A stretch of 64,000 bases of DNA from a virus. Location: positions 68,521 through 132,520 of the IMG/VR virus record IMGVR_UViG_3300010938_000004. The stretch is one strand, 5' to 3'. Each line of letters starts with the position of its first letter. Positions within the stretch are counted from its first letter, which is position 1. Positions 57,901-64,000 of this stretch are shown in pieces. The notes beneath the pieces were generated by a model. The model was not told where the DNA came from. It saw only the letters and a program-made list of their open reading frames with translations, and did no database searches. The position numbers were made by a program, and so were the translations under genes.

Positions 57901-58247
57901 AAGTAAGTCACAAGATTACCAATGTTTTGTCGGTCATCCAGCGAATCTATTCGGATCGCGCGCGTGTCATACGTACGGCCGAATCGGGCATGGTTTGGGA
58001 CCCCAAGGGAGAATTGTCTACCGCCCTCTTCTGTGGCACCAATAAGCCCATCCAGCTATACAACGCGTCTGGAGCTACTCAGTACGTTGCCTTCGGGGCT
58101 CAAGGCATGAGCGCTCCGTCCTCTGCGTCTGATGGCTTCCCGATCCCGGCGGGCTCTTTGTTCGTAATCAACTCCGGCGATAACGACTGGGTGCGCTCCA
58201 GCAGCAACCAGGTCTTCGGCTACTGGGACAATAACGGCGAGTATTGA
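57897..58247 (+). CDS. Putative virion protein
   Basis: LYN.SG....VAFG.....GFPIPAG beta-rich pattern. Confidence 0.5.
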   Translation: MKVSHKITNVLSVIQRIYSDRARVIRTAESGMVWDPKGELSTALFCGTNKPIQLYNASGATQYVAFGAQGMSAPSSASDGFPIPAGSLFVINSGDNDWVRSSSNQVFGYWDNNGEY

Positions 58248-58278
58248 TACCGAACCCAGGTTCCTGTAACCTGAGGTT

Positions 58279-58935
58279 ATGAGCTTCAAACCATTTCTAG
58301 TTCTGGACTTAGAAACAACCGGGCTGGACGTCAATCGGGCGGGCATCTTGCAGGTGGCCGCTGCCTTGGTTGATCTGGATGAGGAGAAGTACATCATAGA
58401 GACGTTCAACGAGTACCTCACCTTCTCTGTGAATTATTCCCCCTTCGAGGATGGTGCGTTCAATGTGGATTCTCCCCCCTTCGAGGATGGAGCGTTCAAG
58501 ATGCACTTGATGTCGGGCCTGCTGAAGAAGTGCATAGAACAAGGAAAACCATTCACTGACGTTCGCGCTCAGTTCGGCGAGTTTGTGGAACGATGCTATG
58601 CGCGTGTTGGCGGCCAGCTTCGCCTGACGAAGGACCGCTTGACCGTGGCTGGCTACAACGTGGGTCAGTTCGATAAGGCGATCCTGGAAATCCACAACTT
58701 TCCCACCCAGCGCCTGAGCCATCAGTGCTTGGAGGTCAGCTCTTTGTACATGCCCAAGTTCGGTTACGTTCCTTCTTCTGCCGAGATCAACAAGCACCTG
58801 GGCCTGGGCGAAGTGAAGCACGACGCTATGGAAGATGTGATCGATACGATCGCCGCTATTCGAGCGGCTCTGCCCAAGGAACTACCTCGGATGGACCGCG
58901 AAGAGCAATCTCTGACGCCCATAGTCGCGACATGA
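58279..58935 (+). CDS. DEDDh exonuclease (oligoribonuclease-like) with 36-nt internal duplication
   Basis: LDLETTGL, GYNV..FD, HDAMED; PFEDGAF x2 at 58439-58499. Confidence 0.85.
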   Translation: MSFKPFLVLDLETTGLDVNRAGILQVAAALVDLDEEKYIIETFNEYLTFSVNYSPFEDGAFNVDSPPFEDGAFKMHLMSGLLKKCIEQGKPFTDVRAQFGEFVERCYARVGGQLRLTKDRLTVAGYNVGQFDKAILEIHNFPTQRLSHQCLEVSSLYMPKFGYVPSSAEINKHLGLGEVKHDAMEDVIDTIAAIRAALPKELPRMDREEQSLTPIVAT

Positions 58936-59549
58936 AGCGCAAGCTGCTTAGAATCACTCGTGCCGCACTGCCGTTCAAGGTCAAGAATTTAGACGGGGAT
59001 CGCGAGCACTATTACGGATTCGCGCATGAAGCAGTCTTTGCTCGGTTCAATGTCGACCGATATGTGGGCACTTTCTGTATAGGTGTCGGCGGTTACTGGC
59101 CTTTTGCTGTCTACTTTTCTAAGAACCCAGATGTCAGCAAAGGACACAAACCATACGTATTGCTGTCTTTAGATTCCCTAAGCACTTCCGGCCTTCGCAC
59201 CCGCGGTATCTTGGTGTCTGGCATGACGACTCGCCAGATGGGCAGGTGGCGCAAACAGGAGGCCATCCTGTGCTTGAGATGTAAGACCGTCATCGTTTCT
59301 GCTATGAGGCATCATGACAACTCGTGCCTGTGTGAGAAGGACCCAGTGTCAGTGGACGGCGGTCGAAGTTACGTTAGGATCGGCGCTGGCGATACCTCTC
59401 GGTGGCTGGGCGTGATGCTCGACTGGGTAGATGGGTCTATCTACATGACAAAAAAAGATTTCTTGACCGCTAAACGAGCCTTTGCCGCCGCGGTGGTACC
59501 ATCTAAGGATGGCGGCAAACGACAATCCCGTAAACGGCGCAGCACTTAA
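58932..59549 (+). CDS. Hypothetical protein with C-terminal Zn-ribbon domain
   Basis: CLRC...S..RH....CLC....VDGG.SY. Confidence 0.7.
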   Translation: MKRKLLRITRAALPFKVKNLDGDREHYYGFAHEAVFARFNVDRYVGTFCIGVGGYWPFAVYFSKNPDVSKGHKPYVLLSLDSLSTSGLRTRGILVSGMTTRQMGRWRKQEAILCLRCKTVIVSAMRHHDNSCLCEKDPVSVDGGRSYVRIGAGDTSRWLGVMLDWVDGSIYMTKKDFLTAKRAFAAAVVPSKDGGKRQSRKRRST

Positions 59550-60372
59550 GTCCTCGGTCGGCAATGGCATAAGCGAGCCCCACTTTAGTCGTACTCAGCC
59601 GCTGATTACGCCCCAGCGCATCAAGGCTGAGTTCCTCTTTGGTATCCCGCTGACGTCATCCCTCACCAACGAGACCATGCCCGATGACACCATCAAGAGC
59701 TTCATCGAGCAGGCAGTGGGAGAGGCCGAGATTTCTCTGAACATCCCCATTCAGCCAGTGCGCAAGACAGATTCCTTCCCATTTGAGCGCGCCGACGACT
59801 GGGGCCTGGGACTTCGCAGCTTCTCTACGTGGCCCGTCCTCAAGGTGGAGCGCCTATACGCGACTTTCCCCGGGCGCATGCCGCCCAATGCCGCCCTCGT
59901 GAATGAGGCCGGCGAGGTAGACTTCCCTACCTCGTGGGTGCGCTTGGGCTACGAAACGGCGAGCCCGGCATTCAACATTCTGCCGGTAGCAGGTGGAGAC
60001 CTCATCCTGAACCAGGCGCCAGATAACATCAACTTCACTCCTTTCCGCGCCCTGTTCCTCACCTGGATGAAGACTTACCCGCACGTATGGACAGTTCAGT
60101 ACATGGCCGGATTCGACTTCGATCGCATTCCCATAGCCGTGAATACCCTGGTTGGTCTGTATGCTGCCCGCGCCATCATGAGCCAACTTGGACCGGTGCT
60201 CTTTCCGCACCAGAGTTATGGCATCGGCATCGACGGAATGTCTCAGTCTGTCGCGACCCCGGGCCCAGCATTCCTAGCTCAGAAAATGCAGGAGATCGAG
60301 ATGCGCATCCAAGAGGCAGAGTTCAAACTCAGGGCCCGCTTCGGCACCAACCTCATCGTGTCGGTGTTTTGA
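59509..60372 (+). CDS. Head-tail adaptor/head completion protein
   Basis: LFGIP, YMAGF..IP, GIDGMSQS. Confidence 0.75.
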   Translation: MAANDNPVNGAALKSSVGNGISEPHFSRTQPLITPQRIKAEFLFGIPLTSSLTNETMPDDTIKSFIEQAVGEAEISLNIPIQPVRKTDSFPFERADDWGLGLRSFSTWPVLKVERLYATFPGRMPPNAALVNEAGEVDFPTSWVRLGYETASPAFNILPVAGGDLILNQAPDNINFTPFRALFLTWMKTYPHVWTVQYMAGFDFDRIPIAVNTLVGLYAARAIMSQLGPVLFPHQSYGIGIDGMSQSVATPGPAFLAQKMQEIEMRIQEAEFKLRARFGTNLIVSVF

Positions 60373-60694
60373 GCTGTCGTTTCTCATCGCACCCCAGGTA
60401 TTGAAGCAGCTCCTCTGCGCCCCGCCAGGCGCTCCTCAAGTCTGGCAAGTAACATATCGACCATTCCAGACTTCTCCCATCCCGGCTCTGCACTCCCTGG
60501 TCCGGTTTAAGATGCCCCGGACTGCTAGGAGCTGGGAGCCGTATGTGTCTAAGTGTTCCATATATTTATCCTTTCTGATAATAATCACGAGCCCGTCGAC
60601 TCACACGCCCCTCGGCTGCGAGTGACTGCTTACCAACTGGCCTTGTCTCAGTCAAGGGATTCCTGGGCTGCGGGCTAGGGCGTATAATGGCTAG

Positions 60695-61114
60695 ATGCGA
60701 CTCAATGCTAAGATTCTTGCCGCCTCGTCGACCGTGAACAGTCTGAAGTACGTGGACCAAGTCAGCCTTATGAAAGGCGAGACGGTTACCGTTATGTTTC
60801 AGCTTGTGGACGAGGAAACGAACCAGCGCTACATGCCTGCCAGCGGCGCCACCCTGCAGGCGCAGGTCTTGCGCTTCGTAGAGTATTTTCAGGGTAGCGG
60901 GAACATCCGCACAAGCCAGAATTACTCTTTGACCAAGAGCTGCACCCAACCGTTCAATTTGGATGCTTCGATCTGGCAATTCACCATCTCGGCCACGGAG
61001 TCTGCCAACGTGGCGTCGTCTAACCTAGCCCTTACCCTCACAGAGGGCTCGGCCATTCGCAAGGCGCTGGTTAAGCAGGCTATTTCTGCCCAGGCGTCAG
61101 AGGAGCCGCAGTGA
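60695..61114 (+). CDS. Putative virion structural protein
   Basis: Beta-rich; leaderless late-type promoter. Confidence 0.6.
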   Translation: MRLNAKILAASSTVNSLKYVDQVSLMKGETVTVMFQLVDEETNQRYMPASGATLQAQVLRFVEYFQGSGNIRTSQNYSLTKSCTQPFNLDASIWQFTISATESANVASSNLALTLTEGSAIRKALVKQAISAQASEEPQ

Positions 61115-61623
61115 CCAAAGCCCAACTGCTCAGAGATCCTTCCACCGGGAAGGATCGGTCGGTCGAGTATGCCTCGTCCTACACCAAGCAGGTGTCGGAC
61201 AATCTGGACAAGACTGCGGCCGTTCTGTCGCTGGTAGAGTCGGCCTATACGAAGGATACGGGTAAGAAGTTCTCCTTTTCATCCGGGTGGCGACCTGAGG
61301 CGGTGAACGCCGCAACTGCAGGGGCGGCCAAGGCCAGCAAACACACGCTTGGATTTGCTGCAGACATCATCGATCCAGACAATCACGTGTGGGAGTGGTT
61401 CAAGGCCAACCTTGCCCTATGCAAGAAGCTCGGCGTGTATCTGGAAGATCCGCGCTGGTGTAAGAGCGCTAAGGGGAATATGTGGGTTCACGCGCAGATT
61501 GTGCCACCTGCCTCAAAGAAACGGGTCTTTATCCCTTACGCGGATCAGGTCAAGAACCCGATGACGGCGCCAGATCGCTGGGACGGTAAGTACGAGTCGT
61601 CACTGGACGGGGACCCTACTTAA
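61111..61623 (+). CDS. Peptidase M15A endolysin-like protein
   Basis: SSGWR...N...GA...SKH..G.AAD, WVH. Confidence 0.85.
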   Translation: MTKAQLLRDPSTGKDRSVEYASSYTKQVSDNLDKTAAVLSLVESAYTKDTGKKFSFSSGWRPEAVNAATAGAAKASKHTLGFAADIIDPDNHVWEWFKANLALCKKLGVYLEDPRWCKSAKGNMWVHAQIVPPASKKRVFIPYADQVKNPMTAPDRWDGKYESSLDGDPT

Positions 61624-61900
61624 TCCGCTCGTTCGGGATGTGGCCATCGAGATCTTGGACCGCAACTGCCGCTCCGAGCAGGCTCTGTCGCTGTCTCTCA
61701 TGGGGCTTTTAGCGGAGGAAAGTGTCATAGGCCAGTGTTTGGGTAAGCTCGGGCGTAAGAAGGCTGCGGAAACTACTGAGTGACCAAGAGTTTTACGGGT
61801 AACTGACCACTAGTCAGTCGAGGAAGAAGTTGACATGTTACGTCTTTTTCGCTTGACAGTCAAGCTAGTTAGTTAGCACTGAGCGCGTATAATGGCAGAC

Positions 61901-64000
61901 ATGGCTGACCAGGACGAAATCTACAATTCTACGCACTATCACGCTGCCATTAATGCGCTCACCAAGGCCACCCGCTGGGCCTACTCCAAGCACACAGCGC
62001 CCATGGCGCGCGACATGCTCCAGCTGGCGATTAAGGAAGCGAATCGGCACGCTTTCTACGTGTCGGATATGCTTGGTCGTCCAGATCAGGCCCGCAAGGT
62101 GCGTGAAGAGTTCCGTGAACACCTAGATCGAGTTGCGGCTCTCATCCGCAAACAGGGGGTAGAAATCCCATTCATCAAGAGCGAGGATACTCGTACGGAT
62201 TGGTATGGTGAGCTGTCCACTGCGGCGCCCAATCTTCACGAGAGTTCGGGATTTTGGAGAGGCTTAGACAAACAGAGCAGTCACCTGAAGACGCCAGTGG
62301 CGCCGCCGCCGCTGCCCTACAAGGAGCCCAGTGAGGGCACGGTCTACTTAGCCCGCGTCGCTGCCGGCCACTACGGGCATCCAGGCAAGCACGACCGACG
62401 GCTGACCGATCGTCAGCCTGTTTACTATGGCGGCCATAATGTCGGCTACACACATGATCCTGCGAAGGCTATGCGTTTTCGTTCTGGGGCCGATCTGGTG
62501 CGTCATTTGGAGCAGGGTTGGCGACATCACCGCGGTGTGACTCAGGACGCCAATGGGTTGATGGGCAGCGCCTTAATTTCCCGCCCTGAGCACCATGAGG
62601 TGGTCGCGATCGATGCCGAGGACTTGCGCGCCTATCAAGCCCACAAGGATCTGCCCCTGCGCTCTCTCTCTGAGCTGAAGAAAATGGAGGATGCGGTAGA
62701 CCTAGTGAAGGCTAAGATCTACGATCTCAAGTCGAAGCAGTTGGTGGCTGACTTGCCGACGGAGCCTACGAAAGATCTGACCACGATGAAAAAGGCTCTT
62801 CTCCAGGCCAGAGAGGCTCTTCTTGAAAAGGCCAAAATTTACGATTTCCAATCGAAGAAAATGGTCGCGGATCTTACGTCCAAATCTTCCGAGACCGCGC
62901 CTGTTGTTCATCGGGGCGAAAAGGGCGTCCCGCAGATTCTTCCGGACGCCAAGGCTTTCATACAGTCCGGGATCATCCGACCCCTCGGTCTTGAGAAATC
63001 CGAATATCCTGCCGATATTGATCACATGGAAGACCTTGAAAAATCTTTCAAAGATCAGCTGCTCCAGATGTACCCCGAGGAAAAACGAGGTGAAGCCAAG
63101 GACTTTGTCCAGTGGGTACACAAAAAACTACCCAACCAGAACTGGAAGACCTGGGCTGTCCGACACCACCGCGACAAGCCTGAGGACTTCACGCCTGAGG
63201 TTCGACAAACGCTCGAACACTACGCAGGCAGTCAGCACCTAAAAGAGGTTTCCGAGGTTAGGTTCGGCAAAGAGCATGATCTGCACCTCGGCCTTGGTAT
63301 GCTCAAAGCCGCCGAGGACCGGTACAACGACCGCGCGAAGTCCGACCTTGGCCTCGTTAAACCACGGGCAGGGGAAAAGAAAATCATTGACTTTGGCAAC
63401 GGAACTGCCTGGCACGCTCTAGGTGTCGGCCGCTGCACTCGTGAAGGCCAGGCCATGGGGCATTGCGGGAACGAGCCATCGAAAAAAGAAGGGGATGAGC
63501 TTTACAGCTTGTCTACCGAGCACACAGTTGGCGGTAAAAAGTATCGAGAGCCGCACCTGACTTTCGTCTACAATCACAACTCCCACACATTTGGTGAGAT
63601 GAAAGGCCGCGGCAATCTAAAACCGCACGAGCGGTACCACGAAGAAATTGTAAAGCTCCTTGAACACACCGGGGCAGCGCCTGTGGGCGGTGGTTACTTG
63701 TCGGAAAACAATTTTCATCTCGACGATCTCTCAGACGAGCACCAAGAAAGAGTGTTTAAAGCGCATCCCTTCATGAAGCTTTTTTCCAAGAAAGCGCATG
63801 TAGATTATTCGGCGTTTAGCCAGGCCGTAGGGCACAAATCAAAAGAAGTAAGGCAAATCGCCGCCGGCCGCAAAGATCTCCCTGAGCATCACCAAGGCAC
63901 TTTAGCGAAAGACACAGACCCTAATGTCCGCCGGTACCTTGCCCGGAACACGTCTCTACACGAAAAACACCAAGGCACTTTAGCGAAAGACACAGACCCT
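61901..64000 (+). CDS. Large multidomain protein (>700 aa, runs off window; absent from ORF track) with PcfJ-like domain and HEAT/LRV-like repeats
   Basis: Frame translated by hand and open to window end; EGQAMGHCG, PHLTF, EMKGRGN.KP; 78-nt repeats HQGTLAKDTDP. Confidence 0.8.
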   Translation, partial: MADQDEIYNSTHYHAAINALTKATRWAYSKHTAPMARDMLQLAIKEANRHAFYVSDMLGRPDQARKVREEFREHLDRVAALIRKQGVEIPFIKSEDTRTDWYGELSTAAPNLHESSGFWRGLDKQSSHLKTPVAPPPLPYKEPSEGTVYLARVAAGHYGHPGKHDRRLTDRQPVYYGGHNVGYTHDPAKAMRFRSGADLVRHLEQGWRHHRGVTQDANGLMGSALISRPEHHEVVAIDAEDLRAYQAHKDLPLRSLSELKKMEDAVDLVKAKIYDLKSKQLVADLPTEPTKDLTTMKKALLQAREALLEKAKIYDFQSKKMVADLTSKSSETAPVVHRGEKGVPQILPDAKAFIQSGIIRPLGLEKSEYPADIDHMEDLEKSFKDQLLQMYPEEKRGEAKDFVQWVHKKLPNQNWKTWAVRHHRDKPEDFTPEVRQTLEHYAGSQHLKEVSEVRFGKEHDLHLGLGMLKAAEDRYNDRAKSDLGLVKPRAGEKKIIDFGNGTAWHALGVGRCTREGQAMGHCGNEPSKKEGDELYSLSTEHTVGGKKYREPHLTFVYNHNSHTFGEMKGRGNLKPHERYHEEIVKLLEHTGAAPVGGGYLSENNFHLDDLSDEHQERVFKAHPFMKLFSKKAHVDYSAFSQAVGHKSKEVRQIAAGRKDLPEHHQGTLAKDTDPNVRRYLARNTSLHEKHQGTLAKDTDP

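Noticed and set aside
1-64000. Genome-wide TAG or TGA recoding
   Set aside because: All long genes (dnaE, dnaB, terL, portal, MCP) are open in code 11, and TAG/TGA act as normal coupled stops
1-64000. Assignment of host taxon
   Set aside because: Lipoprotein and spanin-like genes hint at a diderm host, but nothing in the sequence is diagnostic without a database search

Overview
64 kb internal segment of a large tailed dsDNA phage. The head module is SPO1/Twort-like; the host cannot be identified from the sequence. It carries a nearly self-sufficient replication/recombination set: a putative initiator with an embedded origin, primase, DnaE with a mini-intein, DnaB with a LAGLIDADG intein, an SF2 helicase, gp32-like SSB, UvsY-like protein, RecA, Mre11/Rad50 and RuvC. 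Packaging and head genes are TerS/TerL, portal, gpF-like protein, prohead protease, scaffold and MCP. Also present are dispersed lysis genes, GroEL, nucleotide enzymes (dUTPase, Tmk, UDG-like, NDT-like, CYTH) and many small accessory ORFs. No tRNA, rRNA, CRISPR array, integrase or reverse transcriptase was seen. Best leads: (1) head-to-head 12-bp iterons plus an AGATCT-rich AT tract inside the putative initiator gene, at a strand switch; (2) a pentapeptide-repeat gene whose 15-bp units vary almost only at non-synonymous positions; (3) a de novo late-promoter motif YTR-N12-TAnnAT driving mostly leaderless genes; (4) a perfect 8x15-bp dyad array before recA; (5) two candidate structured small RNAs; (6) L-x-K-[S/A/T] maturation motifs in a giant PcfJ-like protein and an Acb1-like 2H phosphoesterase, suggesting head-packaged effectors; (7) about ten small accessory genes broken by slippage indels or stops while all long core genes are intact. 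All product calls come from motif recognition by eye, with no database search.
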